A stretch of 64,000 nucleotides of DNA from Bryobacterales bacterium (GTDB lineage: Bacteria; Acidobacteriota; Terriglobia; Bryobacterales; UBA6623), in assembly GCA_965248105.1 (NCBI GenBank), contig CBDFIK010000006.1:1859761-1923760 (forward strand). Reading direction: 5' to 3'. A program made the translations under genes and the position numbers. Below, one piece after another: positions 37,958-48,416 of the stretch. Position 1 is the stretch's first letter; every line of letters begins with the position of its first letter. Under the pieces are notes generated by a model. That model worked only from the letters and a program-made list of their open reading frames with translations. It was not told the DNA's origin and ran no database searches.

Positions 37958-40696
37958 ATGCAACGTACAACTTTGAGCAACCCCTCGTCACAAGTCGCTG
38001 AGAAGAAGGCCCCCCTACGAAGGCGCCGGCCTACCCCCCAAGACAACGGAAGACATGAGGAGGATACCGCCCGCATCCACGAAGCAATCAATGCGGCCTT
38101 CGCGTATATCGAGTTTGACAGCGACGGCCACGTCCTGAGCGCCAACGACCTTTTCCTGGACTGCATGGGATACGAACTCGAAGAGATCGCCGGCAAGCAT
38201 CATCGGCAATTCGTTGAAGCGGGCTATGCGAGCAGCAACGACTATGCCAAGTTCTGGGACGACTTGCGCCGCGGGGTGCCACAGAGGGGAGAGTTCCACC
38301 GATTGGCAAAGGGGGAGAGGGACGTTTGGTTGATTGCTTCCTACACACCGGTCAAGGATCGAGACGGCGTGGTCGAGAAGGTCATAAAACTCGCGCATGA
38401 CGTCACCGAGCAGAAGCTCAAAAACGCCGATGTTCAAGGCCAGATCGAGGCGGTTGGCAAGGCTCAGGCGGTCATCGAGTTCAACCTCGACGGGACTATC
38501 ATTACCGCCAATGACAACTTCCTCAACGTGATGGGCTACACGCTGGAGGAGGTTCAGGGCCAGCACCACCGCATGTTCGCCGAGGAGTCGCTTCGCAACA
38601 GTGTCGAATACCGCCAGTTTTGGGAGGCCTTGAACCGGGGCGAGTATCAGTCGGCGGAGTACAAGCGGATCGGCAAGGGCGGCAAGGAGGTCTGGATCCA
38701 GGCGTCGTACAATCCCATCTTCGACCTCAACCGCAAGCCCTTCAAGGTCGTCAAATACGCCACCGACGTCACCGAGCAGAAGCTCAAAAACGCCGATGTT
38801 CAAGGCCAGATCGAGGCGGTTGGCAAGGCTCAGGCGGTCATCGAGTTCAACCTCGACGGCACCATCATCACCGCCAATGACAACTTCCTCAATGCGCTGG
38901 GCTACACGCTCGAGGAGGTTCAAGGACAGCACCACCGCATGTTCGTCGAGGAGTCGTTTCGTACCAGCGTCGAGTATCGCCAGTTTTGGGAGGCGCTCAA
39001 GCGCGGCGAGTACCAGACCGGGGAGTACAAGCGCATCGGCAAGGGCGGCAAGGAAGTCTGGATCCAGGCCTCGTACAACCCCATCCTCGACCTCAACGGC
39101 AACCCGGTCAAGGTGGTCAAGTACGCCACCGACGTCACCGAGCAGAAGCTGAGAAACGCCGATTTCGAGGGCCAGATCGAGGCGGTCGGCAAGGCCCAGG
39201 CGGTCATCGAGTTCAACCTCGACGGCACCATCATCACCGCCAATGACAACTTCCTCAATGCGCTGGGCTACACGCTCGAGGAGGTTCAAGGACAGCACCA
39301 CCGCATGTTCGTCGAGGAGTCGTTTCGTACCAGCGTCGAGTATCGCCAGTTTTGGGAGGCGCTCAAGCGCGGCGAGTACCAGACCGGGGAGTACAAGCGC
39401 ATCGGCAAGGGCGGCAAGGAAGTCTGGATTCAGGCGTCGTACAATCCCATTCTCGACCTCAACGGCAACCCGGTCAAAGTGGTCAAGTATGCCACCGACG
39501 TCACCGAGCAGAAGCTGAGAAACGCCGATTTCGAGGGCCAGATCGAGGCGGTCGGCAAGGCCCAGGCGGTCATCGAGTTCAACCTCGACGGCACCATCAT
39601 CGCGGCCAACGACAATTTCCTGAACGCGCTGGGCTACACGCTCGGGGAGGTTCAAGGCCAGCACCACCGCATGTTCGTCGAGGAGTCATTTCGTGCCAGC
39701 GTCGAGTATCGCCAGTTTTGGGAGGCGCTCAACCGCGGCGAGTACCAGGCCGGGGAGTACAAGCGGATCGGCAAGGGCGGCAAGGAGGTTTGGATCCAAG
39801 CGTCCTACAACCCCATCCTCGATCTGAATGGCAACCCCTTCAAGGTCGTCAAATACGCCACCGACGTGACCGAGCAGAAGCGAAGAAACAACGAGTTCGA
39901 ACGCCAGATTCAGGAGTTTACCCAGCAACTCGGATCCTCCTCGGAAGAGTTGACGACCGTCAGCGAGCAGATGGCGAGCAACGCCGAGGAGACCTCGACG
40001 CAGGCCGGTGTGGTCTCGGCCGCCAGCGAGCAGGTCACCAAGAATGTACAGGTCGTGGCCACCGGCACCGAAGAAATGTCGGCATCCATTCGCGAGATCG
40101 CCAAGAGTTCGAACGAAGCGGCACGAGTGGCTAAACAGGCAGTTGGGGTTGCCGACTCGGCCAACTCGACGATCAGCGAGCTCGGTGACGCCAGCGTCGA
40201 GATCGGCAAAGTCATTAAGGTCATCACCTCGATTGCCCAGCAGACGAACTTGCTCGCGCTTAACGCCACCATCGAGGCTGCTCGCGCCGGCGAGGCGGGC
40301 AAGGGATTTGCCGTTGTCGCCAACGAGGTGAAGGAACTCGCCAAGCAAACCGCGCAGGCCACTGAGGACATCAGCCAGAAAATCGAAGCCATTCAGACCG
40401 GTAGTAAAGGCGCCGTGGAAGCCATTGGAGAGGTGAGCACGATCATTAACCAAATTAACGATATCTCCAACACGATTGCCTCTTCGGTCGAAGAGCAGAC
40501 GGCGACCACGAACGAAATCGGCCGCAACGTAGGAGAGGCCTCGCGCAGCTCCTCCGAGATCGCCCAGAACATATCCGGAGTCGCCGCGGCCGCCGACAGC
40601 ACCACCCAAGGAGCCGGCGACAGCTTGAAAGCCGCTAAAGCACTTTCGGAGATGGCAGTAGAACTCCAAAAACTCGTCAGCGAGTTCACGCTCTGA
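37958..40696 (+). CDS. Soluble methyl-accepting chemotaxis protein with five PAS domains
   Basis: AAGGAGG RBS before ATG 37958; no TM segment; one divergent plus four near-identical 122-aa PAS/PAC units; signalling hairpin [37 protein letters not shown]. Confidence 0.93.
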   Translation: MQRTTLSNPSSQVAEKKAPLRRRRPTPQDNGRHEEDTARIHEAINAAFAYIEFDSDGHVLSANDLFLDCMGYELEEIAGKHHRQFVEAGYASSNDYAKFWDDLRRGVPQRGEFHRLAKGERDVWLIASYTPVKDRDGVVEKVIKLAHDVTEQKLKNADVQGQIEAVGKAQAVIEFNLDGTIITANDNFLNVMGYTLEEVQGQHHRMFAEESLRNSVEYRQFWEALNRGEYQSAEYKRIGKGGKEVWIQASYNPIFDLNRKPFKVVKYATDVTEQKLKNADVQGQIEAVGKAQAVIEFNLDGTIITANDNFLNALGYTLEEVQGQHHRMFVEESFRTSVEYRQFWEALKRGEYQTGEYKRIGKGGKEVWIQASYNPILDLNGNPVKVVKYATDVTEQKLRNADFEGQIEAVGKAQAVIEFNLDGTIITANDNFLNALGYTLEEVQGQHHRMFVEESFRTSVEYRQFWEALKRGEYQTGEYKRIGKGGKEVWIQASYNPILDLNGNPVKVVKYATDVTEQKLRNADFEGQIEAVGKAQAVIEFNLDGTIIAANDNFLNALGYTLGEVQGQHHRMFVEESFRASVEYRQFWEALNRGEYQAGEYKRIGKGGKEVWIQASYNPILDLNGNPFKVVKYATDVTEQKRRNNEFERQIQEFTQQLGSSSEELTTVSEQMASNAEETSTQAGVVSAASEQVTKNVQVVATGTEEMSASIREIAKSSNEAARVAKQAVGVADSANSTISELGDASVEIGKVIKVITSIAQQTNLLALNATIEAARAGEAGKGFAVVANEVKELAKQTAQATEDISQKIEAIQTGSKGAVEAIGEVSTIINQINDISNTIASSVEEQTATTNEIGRNVGEASRSSSEIAQNISGVAAAADSTTQGAGDSLKAAKALSEMAVELQKLVSEFTL
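38400..39864 (+). repeat. Four tandem 366-bp PAS-coding repeats
   Basis: GACGTCACCGAGCAGAAG recurs at 366-bp intervals; alternative-frame ORFs also recur at 38620, 38986 and 39352. Confidence 0.92.
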
Positions 40697-40771
40697 CGGT
40701 CGATCGGTCGGTCAGTCGTTCGCGCCGCAGGGAGGATGGACACGCCGGACGTGTTCTGGAGGGCGACCGCG

Positions 40772-40867
40772 GAAAAATCGGGTACAGCCAGCCAATTCGC
40801 TTCAGGCTAAGTGCTTTGTTTCTTGGGTCATGACGGGGAGCGAATTGGTGGCAGTCCCCGATTTTTC
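40772..40867. repeat. Nested imperfect inverted-repeat element (family D), copy 1
   Basis: Arms GAAAAATCGGGTACAGCCAGCCAATTCGCT and AGCGAATTGGTGGCAGTCCCCGATTTTTC pair at 27/30 positions around a 37-nt loop. Confidence 0.8.
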
Positions 40868-41491
40868 GCTCCTGCACGACTTTTGCCACGGGCTGCTAGC
40901 GTGCCTTCTTGTGGTCGATGCCACCACCGGAACGTTCGGTTGACACAGACTTGGCGCGCCAAGCGTGGCGTCTCATTTTGTCAAGCGGAGAAACAAGTCG
41001 GCGTCTTGAGGCGATGCAACCTCCCCCACCCGGGCCGGATGTGGGAAGCCCGCAACTGGCGCGAGAGCGGTTGGACCAGACCACTGGCTGAGATACGGAT
41101 ATGGAAAAGGCCATGATCATAGACGATTCGCGGGCCATGCGGCGAATCCTCGGTGAAACGGTGCGCGAATTGGGCTTCGAGGTCAGCGAGGCGTCTAACG
41201 GTCGCGAGGCTCTCGCGAAGCTCGACAACATGGGACCGCCGGTGCGCTTGATGCTGGTCGACTGGAACATGCCGGAGATGAACGGATTGGAATTTGTGAC
41301 CAGACTTCGCCAGGACGAGCGGTTCCAAGCATCTCTCATCGTCATGGTGACCACCGAGACGGCGATCTGAGAACGGCGCTGACAAACTAGACCACATAGC
41401 GGCGGTGTGAAGGCTCCCAGAGGAGGCGGAGGACCAAGCCGCTGATGTGGTCCGCAAGCATCCCCGAGGTGTTTTGTGGAACACCGGAGGG

Positions 41492-42991
41492 ATGTATCGG
41501 GTGGAGCTATACGTTCAAGTACGACGAAGTGTCTGCGTCGAAGGGCTAAGCGAACGCGAAGCAGCACGGCGCTTTGGGATTGCTCGCGAGACCGTGCGCA
41601 AGATGTTGCGCTACCGGATTCCGCCGGGCTATCGGCGGAGCAAACCGGCGAGGCGTCCCAAACTGGAGGCCTTCACAGGGATCATCGATCAGATCCTGAC
41701 CGACGATCGGGAGCGTCCGAGGAAACAACGCCACACCGCACAGCGCATCTTTGACCGCCTCCGCGACGAGTACGGGTTCACAGGCGGCTACACGACCGTC
41801 AAGGACTACGTACGCGAGAAGAAGCTGGGCGGACAAGAGATGTTCGTGCCGCTGACGCATCCGCCGGGTGACGCCCAGGCGGACTTCGGCGAAGCGGTCG
41901 TCGTCATCAACGGAGTGCAGCGCAAGGCGCACTTCTTGGTCGTCGATCTGCCGCATAGCGATGACGCATTCGTGAAAGCGTTTCCGGCCGAGACGACGGA
42001 GGCATTCTGCGAGGGGCACAATGCGGCGTTTCGCTATTTTGGCGGCGTGCCGCGCAGCATCGTCTACGACAACACGAAGCTAGCGGTGGCGAGGATCCTG
42101 GGAGACGGCACACGCCAGAGGACCCGTGTCTTCTCCGAGCTGCAGTCACATTATCTGTTCGCCGACCGTTTCGGGCGGCCGGGCAAGGGCAACGACAAAG
42201 GCAAAGTGGAAGGGTTGGTGGGCTATGCGCGGCGCAACTTTATGGTGCCGATCCCCAGGTTCTCAAGTTGGGAAGCCTTCAACGAACACCTCGAAGCGAA
42301 GTGCCGCAAGAACCGTGGACGGCGCTTGCGGCGACACTCGGAAACGATCGGTGAGCGTTTCGAGCGCGACCGCCAGGCGTTTCTGACGTTGCCTGCTGTC
42401 GGGTATGACGCTTGCGACAAGCGCACGACGCGGGTGACGTCGTTGTCGCTGGTGCGCTATCGGACCAACGACTACTCGGTTCCGACGCGCTACGGCCACC
42501 GCGAAGTACTGCTGAGAGCTTACGTCGATGAGGTGGTCATCGGCTGCGGCAGCGAAGAGATCGCCCGGCATCGGCGCAGCTACGAACGCGAGGAGTTGAT
42601 CTTCGATCCGCTGCATTACCTGGCCTTGCTGGAGCGCAAGACGAACGCGCTGGATCAAGCCGCGCCGCTCGTCGGTTGGCAGTTACCGCAAGATCTCGTG
42701 CGTTTGAGACGCTTGCTCGAAGTGCGGCTGGGTAAACCAGGCAAGCGCGAGTACGTGCAGGTGCTGCGTTTACTCGAAGACTTCCCGCTCACCGACGTCA
42801 CCGCCGCCGCGCGGCAGGCCGTTGAGTTGGGAACGATCGGCTTCGACGCCGTCAAGCACCTCGTCCTGTGTCGGATCGAGCAACGGCCGCCCCGCTTGGA
42901 CTTGACGCAGTATCCGCACTTACCCACAGCACAAGTCGAACAGACATCGACAACAGATTATTTGGTGCTGCTGGCACAGGGAGTGGACTGA
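41492..42991 (+). CDS. istA: IS21 transposase
   Basis: Protein identical to copy 1. Confidence 0.95.
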   Translation: MYRVELYVQVRRSVCVEGLSEREAARRFGIARETVRKMLRYRIPPGYRRSKPARRPKLEAFTGIIDQILTDDRERPRKQRHTAQRIFDRLRDEYGFTGGYTTVKDYVREKKLGGQEMFVPLTHPPGDAQADFGEAVVVINGVQRKAHFLVVDLPHSDDAFVKAFPAETTEAFCEGHNAAFRYFGGVPRSIVYDNTKLAVARILGDGTRQRTRVFSELQSHYLFADRFGRPGKGNDKGKVEGLVGYARRNFMVPIPRFSSWEAFNEHLEAKCRKNRGRRLRRHSETIGERFERDRQAFLTLPAVGYDACDKRTTRVTSLSLVRYRTNDYSVPTRYGHREVLLRAYVDEVVIGCGSEEIARHRRSYEREELIFDPLHYLALLERKTNALDQAAPLVGWQLPQDLVRLRRLLEVRLGKPGKREYVQVLRLLEDFPLTDVTAAARQAVELGTIGFDAVKHLVLCRIEQRPPRLDLTQYPHLPTAQVEQTSTTDYLVLLAQGVD

Positions 42992-43752
42992 TGGCGAGAT
43001 CCAAACTGCTGCTGGAAGCTCATCTGAAAGCACTGCGGCTGCCGACCTTCTTGCGCGAGTACGACAAGGTGGCACGGCAGTGCGCCACGGAGGGCTTGGA
43101 TGCGAGACGCTTTCTGCTGCAACTGTCCGAGCTCGAACTGCTCGACCGTGAACGCCGAGCGACCGAGCGGCGCATCAAGGCCGCCAAGTTCCCGGTCACG
43201 AAAACCCTTGATACGTTCGACTTCCTGGCGTTACCCAAGTTGAACAAGAAGCTGGTGCTCGAGCTGGCACACGGAGAGTTCATCGACCGTCGCGAGAACG
43301 TGTTGGCTCTAGGAAACTCCGGCACGGGGAAAACGCATCTCGCTCTGGCGCTGGGACTGGCGGCCTGCCAGGGTGGCTATCGGGTTCGCTTCACTACCGC
43401 CGCAGCGCTGCTCAACGAGCTGCTGGAAGCCCGTGATGAGCGGCGCTTGCTGAGGGCCCAAAAGCAGCTCGCCAAGCAAGACCTGCTGATCGTCGATGAA
43501 CTGGGCTACGTGCCGCTGTCGAAGACCGGAGCGGAGTTGCTGTTCGAAACCTTCTCACAGCGCTACGAGCAGGGCTCCACGATGGTGACCTCGAACCTGC
43601 CGTTCAACGAGTGGACCGAAGTCCTCGGGTCCGAGCGCATGACCGGCGCCCTGCTGGATCGGCTCACTCACCACGTCCACATCCTGGAGATGAACGGCGA
43701 TAGCTTCCGCCTCAAGCAGAGCAAGAAGCAACGCTCTCCGTCTTCGGATTGA
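42991..43752 (+). CDS. istB: IS21 helper ATPase
   Basis: Protein identical to copy 1. Confidence 0.95.
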   Translation: MARSKLLLEAHLKALRLPTFLREYDKVARQCATEGLDARRFLLQLSELELLDRERRATERRIKAAKFPVTKTLDTFDFLALPKLNKKLVLELAHGEFIDRRENVLALGNSGTGKTHLALALGLAACQGGYRVRFTTAAALLNELLEARDERRLLRAQKQLAKQDLLIVDELGYVPLSKTGAELLFETFSQRYEQGSTMVTSNLPFNEWTEVLGSERMTGALLDRLTHHVHILEMNGDSFRLKQSKKQRSPSSD

Positions 43753-44104
43753 TCCCCGCCGGCTCGCCACAGTTTTTGTGAGCCGCCTTCCACTCCGCCT
43801 TCAGCCGCCCTAACGGGCGACCTCAGGCTGCGTTCCAGCCGTCCCACAAAAACTCGAAGCAAAACCCCGACTCCCCCCCCACTGGTCTATTTTTGCTCCG
43901 CCGCTCTACCCCAAAACTGGTCTATTCTCCCTCCGCCGAACTGGTCTAATTTTGCTCCGCCCTTGACAGCGATCGATCAAATGGTGAATGCACTGGAAGC
44001 CGGCGCCAATGAATACGTGATGAAGCCCTTCACCAAGGAGATTATTCAAGACAAGTTGCGGCTCTTGGGATTGTTGAACTAGTCTCGAACCCCAATCGGG
44101 GCTT

Positions 44105-45235
44105 ATGGGGTCCGAGGAAGTCTCAACCAGGGAGTCAACCAGGGGCATGCGGATAGGGACGCAAAAGCGTATTCCGCTTGGCAGCAAGATCCGAGTCTTG
44201 GTCGTCGACGATTCGGTTGTGATTCGGCGTCTGGTGACACAATCGCTCACCGAAGACCCGGCGTTCGAGGTTGTCGGCACTGCGGCCAATGGGGCGATTG
44301 CTTTGTCCAAGATCCCGCAAGTGAACCCTGACGCCGTCACCCTCGACATTGAGATGCCCGAGGTGGACGGATTGGAAGCATTGCGGCGGATTCGGAAGTT
44401 GTATCCCACCCTGTGCGTAATCATGTTTTCCACGCTGACGGAGCGGGCGGCCACCCATACCCTCGACGCACTAGCTCTGGGGGCGAACGATTATGTGACG
44501 AAAGCCGCGAATGTGGGGTCGTTGAACAAATCCATGGCCTCATTGCGCTCACAGTTGATTCCCAAAATCAAACAATTCTTCGAGTTGGAGGCGCAGTCGG
44601 CGCCGCTTGTCTCCGCCAAGCCGCAAGCGGAAAGGGCCGGTATTCCACCACGAAGCCTGCCCTGGAGAAAAAGAAGCCTAGTCGCCATTGGGGTCTCGAC
44701 GGGCGGGCCGAATGCGCTGGCGGAAATCTTTCCCTCGCTGCCCAGCCGCTTTCCCTGCCCCATTCTGATCGTCCAGCACATGCCCCCGCTATTTACTCGG
44801 ATGCTGGCGGAACGTCTGAGCGCTCAAAGCAAGGTCCCGGTCGAGGAAGCCGCGGAGGGCACGGCCGTCGAGCCCGGAAAGGCGCTCATCGCACCCGGGG
44901 GCTACCATATGCGCCTGAAGAGGAGCGGCACCCAGGTAGTGGCAACGCTGGATCAGTCGCCGCCGGTCAACTCGTGCCGTCCGGCCGTTGACGTGCTTTT
45001 CAGCTCGGTGGCGGAAATCTATGGGTCTGGGGCCTTGGGAGTGATCCTAACCGGCATGGGACAAGACGGCCTGGAAGGCGCGAAGCAGTTGAAAGCTCAG
45101 GGTGCATGTATCTTAGCCCAGGATAAGGCGACGAGTGTCGTCTGGGGCATGCCCGGTTTCGTCGTGGAAGCCGGCTTGGCTGACGCGGTGACGGGTCTCG
45201 ACCGGATCGCCCCCGAGATCCTGCTGCACGTTTGA
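44105..45235 (+). CDS. cheB: Chemotaxis methylesterase/deamidase with receiver domain
   Basis: VLVVDDS, TLDIEMP, catalytic GVSTGGP, VQHMP, LTGMGQDG; exact start uncertain. Confidence 0.95.
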   Translation: MGSEEVSTRESTRGMRIGTQKRIPLGSKIRVLVVDDSVVIRRLVTQSLTEDPAFEVVGTAANGAIALSKIPQVNPDAVTLDIEMPEVDGLEALRRIRKLYPTLCVIMFSTLTERAATHTLDALALGANDYVTKAANVGSLNKSMASLRSQLIPKIKQFFELEAQSAPLVSAKPQAERAGIPPRSLPWRKRSLVAIGVSTGGPNALAEIFPSLPSRFPCPILIVQHMPPLFTRMLAERLSAQSKVPVEEAAEGTAVEPGKALIAPGGYHMRLKRSGTQVVATLDQSPPVNSCRPAVDVLFSSVAEIYGSGALGVILTGMGQDGLEGAKQLKAQGACILAQDKATSVVWGMPGFVVEAGLADAVTGLDRIAPEILLHV

Positions 45236-45245
45236 GACAACGACT

Positions 45246-46097
45246 ATGGCTCCCATCAGTGCCCAACAGGACGAACTGAAAAGCCTCAAGCCGGAAAATT
45301 TCGACTTCTTGTGCCGCACGGTCCACCAAGACTCGGGCATCGTGCTGGACGAGTCAAAAGGATACCTCCTGGAAGCTCGCCTGCTGCCGGTCGTCAAGAG
45401 CGAAGGCGCCACGTCGCTCGACGACCTGTGCAGGCTAATCCGCGCGACGGGCGGAGAGCGATTGCGCCACAAGGTGGTCGAGGCGATGACCACCAATGAA
45501 ACCCTCTTCTTCCGTGACGTGACGCCCTTCGAAAGTCTGCAAAAGGAGTTAATTCCCAAGCTGGTTGGACGCACCGCCGGACGGCGCCCGGTGCGCTTCT
45601 GGTCGGCAGCCTGTTCCTCGGGGCAGGAAGCCTATAGTTTGGCCATGATGTGGCTCGAAATGGGACTAGGGCCATCTCAAATCGAACTTCTAGGCACTGA
45701 CCTCTCCGACGAGATACTCGACAAGGCCCGAAAAGGCCGCTTCATGCAGCTAGAGGTCAACCGCGGGCTCCCGGCCAAATATCTGGTGAAGCACTTCACG
45801 CGTCACGGCATGGAGTGGGAAATCAGTCCCGAGGTCCGGCGGATGGTTCGTTGGGCAAAACTGAACCTTACATTGAGTTGGCCGGCTCTCGGGCAGTTCG
45901 ATGTCGTCCTTTGCCGCAATGTACTGATTTATTTCGATACGGAAACGAAGCGAGACATTCTGAGCAGGATTCGAAAGCATGTCCGTCCGGAAGGATATCT
46001 GATCCTCGGCTCGAGCGAGACAACGCTCAACCTCGATGACCAATTCATCCGCCGGCAGGTCGGGCGCGGAATCATGTACGAGAATCCCGGATCTTAA
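45246..46097 (+). CDS. cheR: Chemotaxis methyltransferase
   Basis: MTTNETLFFRD, WSAACSSGQEAYS, GTDLS, VLCRNVLIYFD. Confidence 0.95.
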   Translation: MAPISAQQDELKSLKPENFDFLCRTVHQDSGIVLDESKGYLLEARLLPVVKSEGATSLDDLCRLIRATGGERLRHKVVEAMTTNETLFFRDVTPFESLQKELIPKLVGRTAGRRPVRFWSAACSSGQEAYSLAMMWLEMGLGPSQIELLGTDLSDEILDKARKGRFMQLEVNRGLPAKYLVKHFTRHGMEWEISPEVRRMVRWAKLNLTLSWPALGQFDVVLCRNVLIYFDTETKRDILSRIRKHVRPEGYLILGSSETTLNLDDQFIRRQVGRGIMYENPGS

Positions 46098-46187
46098 CTC
46101 TCACGGCGCGAGCCGCGCCCATCGCGGCTTCGCGCGGGAGCGGACGACAGCTATCGGAAGGGAACGGATGCTGAACCGGAGGCCGTC

Positions 46188-46658
46188 ATGAGCCAGACGA
46201 CAACAGAGCTTCATGATTACAAGGACACCGCGACCACCGTCGTGCAGGAAATATTCTCTACGATGCTTGGCACCCAGGTGACGCCCTTCGAAAGTTCCGA
46301 GGTTCGAGAACTCTCCCACCCCGTCGTAGGCGCCGTCTACTTCGCCGGCAATCGGAAGGGCGCCGTCCTACTCGAATGTGAACGCCCCCTATCGTTTGCC
46401 CTGACAGCGCAACTGATGTCGATCGAGCAGCCGGATTCATTGGACGACGATGTCCGCGACACGATGGGCGAAATCGTCAACATGATCGCAGGGAACCTGA
46501 AGTCTTCGCTCCCCTCGGGAACACACTTATCCATGCCCTCGGTCGTAGAAGGCAGTCAATTCACACTGAGGGTTTGCGGAGGCAACGAATCGATGCGCAT
46601 GGATTTTGACTCCAGCCGGGGCCCATTTTCTTTGACGTTGGTCGAAATGGCTGACTAA
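46188..46658 (+). CDS. cheX: CheX-family phosphatase
   Basis: DTMGEIVNMIAGN (E-xx-N motif), LSMPSVVEG. Confidence 0.85.
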   Translation: MSQTTTELHDYKDTATTVVQEIFSTMLGTQVTPFESSEVRELSHPVVGAVYFAGNRKGAVLLECERPLSFALTAQLMSIEQPDSLDDDVRDTMGEIVNMIAGNLKSSLPSGTHLSMPSVVEGSQFTLRVCGGNESMRMDFDSSRGPFSLTLVEMAD

Positions 46659-46726
46659 CCCGCTCTTCTCGCCAGGTTCTCAGCTGAGAGCGCTCAACGG
46701 ACGGTCTCCGCAGGGCAGCGAGCGCC

Positions 46727-48325
46727 CTATCTCACCGCTTCGATCATTTGCTGTTGCTGGGAGGTAAACCGGCAGCCTACGGGTGACCCCGCGGTGCGTT
46801 GGGCGGCAAGCGTATCTCCTCGGCTGCGATAAGCGAGGATCAAGTTGTTGCGGGCATCGAAGTTACAAGGATCGATTCCGAGTGCGGTCCGAAAAGTCTC
46901 GGCGGCCTCCTCGCCGCGACCAAGCGCGTACAGGGCAGCTCCATAGTTCGTCAGCGCCTGCGGGTCGCCTGGCGATGCGGTCAGCGCTACCGAAAACTCG
47001 CGGGAAGCATCCGAGGGGCGGCCCATCTGCAGGTAGACAACACCCATCTCGGTCGCTACATCGGGGTCGTGGGGAGCCAGAGATCGGGCTTCATCCAACA
47101 GCCGAAGCTGCTCATTGCGCGCCGGCGGCTGCTTCGCTCCAAGAGCTCTCGCGAGCTGAATCTTGGGGCGAACCTTGGCTGGGGATTTAGCCACCGTATC
47201 CCGCCAAAGGCTCTCTTCGCTGTGCCACACCCAACTTCTTTGCAAGCTAAGCCCGCTGAGCAGAAGAGCTAACACCGCGACCGTGTATCGCGGAGCGCGC
47301 GCCAAAATGATCCCGATCGCGAGACTCAGGCTGAGTAAAGGCAGATACAGCCGGCGTTCCGCTACCAAGTCCGCCAGCGGAATGATGCTCGACGTCGGAA
47401 CCAGCAGCACCAGACCCCCCAGCAGCCAGAACGCTCCCGGCCACTTGCGTAAAGACCAGCAGCTCGCAATAACGACCGCCGCCAGTGTGACCCACGCCCC
47501 CAGCGTCACGGCGTCCCACTCGGTGGAGAGCCGAAAGTCGCGATCGAAATTAAGCCCCGCGGGCCAAACCAGCAGCCGCAGGTACTCCCAAACAGCCCGG
47601 CCTTGAGTCAGGAAGTAGGTTCCGGGTGTGATCTCACCCAACCCAACTGCGATGCCCGCTCCCTTCGTAACGAGAGCGGCGTAGAAGAGTCGGGCTGTGG
47701 CCAGCATTCCGATCCCCAGGGCAGCGGCGAGCGGTCGCATCATTCGCGACCACTCGATATCGCTTCTACCGCCCAGTGGGCCGGCTCGCCGACGCATCCA
47801 TTCATAGCCTGCCAAGAAAACCGGGAAGGCAATCGCCTCTTCTTTAGCCAGCAAGCCAGCCGTGAAGTAGGCTACGGCACGCCACTGGTTGCCGCCGTTC
47901 CACGCGCGCCAAGACAACAGGCAAAACAAAGCCGCCAGCAGCGTGGCTCGGCCAAAGACGTACGCAATCGCTTCTGTCTGGACTGGATGGACCGCGAACA
48001 CCACGGTTGCAACGATCGCCGCCCGCCTCCCAACCAGCCGGTGGAAGACCGACCAAGCCAACCAAACCACCATGAGATGGCAGGCGAGGTTCACCGCGTG
48101 ATACCCCCACGCTTCGGTTCCACCAAGCTGGTAGTTCAGCCAGAACGTCAGGTAGGTGAGAGGCCGTGTGCGTTCCAGCCGAAAGACTTCCCACCAACCC
48201 GAAGGGGAAGTCACTATGGGATCAGAAAACAGTGAATAATCATCGAAGTGAAAAGACGAACTAAGCGTGGAGCCAAAGGCGAGCAACACAAGCAACAGCA
48301 GCAGCCACGGCATTCGAGAGGTCAC
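46727..48325 (-). CDS. TMTC-like (DUF1736/GT-C) multi-pass membrane protein with C-terminal TPRs
   Basis: FHFDD luminal motif, RPLTYLTF, YHAVNLACH, FAVHPVQTEAIAYVFGR, LLAKEEA, VAERRLYLP, WHSEESLW, then TPR repeats. Confidence 0.82.
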   Translation of the reverse strand: MTSRMPWLLLLLVLLAFGSTLSSSFHFDDYSLFSDPIVTSPSGWWEVFRLERTRPLTYLTFWLNYQLGGTEAWGYHAVNLACHLMVVWLAWSVFHRLVGRRAAIVATVVFAVHPVQTEAIAYVFGRATLLAALFCLLSWRAWNGGNQWRAVAYFTAGLLAKEEAIAFPVFLAGYEWMRRRAGPLGGRSDIEWSRMMRPLAAALGIGMLATARLFYAALVTKGAGIAVGLGEITPGTYFLTQGRAVWEYLRLLVWPAGLNFDRDFRLSTEWDAVTLGAWVTLAAVVIASCWSLRKWPGAFWLLGGLVLLVPTSSIIPLADLVAERRLYLPLLSLSLAIGIILARAPRYTVAVLALLLSGLSLQRSWVWHSEESLWRDTVAKSPAKVRPKIQLARALGAKQPPARNEQLRLLDEARSLAPHDPDVATEMGVVYLQMGRPSDASREFSVALTASPGDPQALTNYGAALYALGRGEEAAETFRTALGIDPCNFDARNNLILAYRSRGDTLAAQRTAGSPVGCRFTSQQQQMIEAVR

Positions 48326-48416
48326 GGTGACCTGGAGCCGGTCCCCGGTGGTTCAGGTTGGCTCCGTTCCTCGCTTCAATGGTTGATTTCGCTCAACAAG
48401 CAGGCGCGGTCGGATC

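Larger units (their letters stand above)
41368..43968 (+). mobile_element. IS21-family element, copy 2 (2601 bp)
   Basis: Same length, ends and encoded proteins as copy 1; flanked by GCGATC at 41362-41367 and 43969-43974. Confidence 0.97.
41101..44082 (+). pseudogene. cheY: CheY response regulator interrupted by IS21
   Basis: 41101-41367 joined to 43975-44082 restores a 124-aa receiver (IIDDS, LVDWNMP, VTTE, VMKPF); 6-bp target duplication GCGATC. Confidence 0.93.

Noticed and set aside
38400-39864. Possible CRISPR array or other spacer-repeat array
   Set aside because: Repeats are 366-bp in-frame coding units without unique spacers; the REP families are dispersed; no cas genes are present.
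38015-40669. Long antisense ORFs (550 aa and 327 aa) opposite the MCP
   Set aside because: Shadow frames produced by GC-rich codon bias and the PAS repeats; no motifs. The same applies to 5113-5997, 20001-21005 and most other overlapping ORFs in the track.
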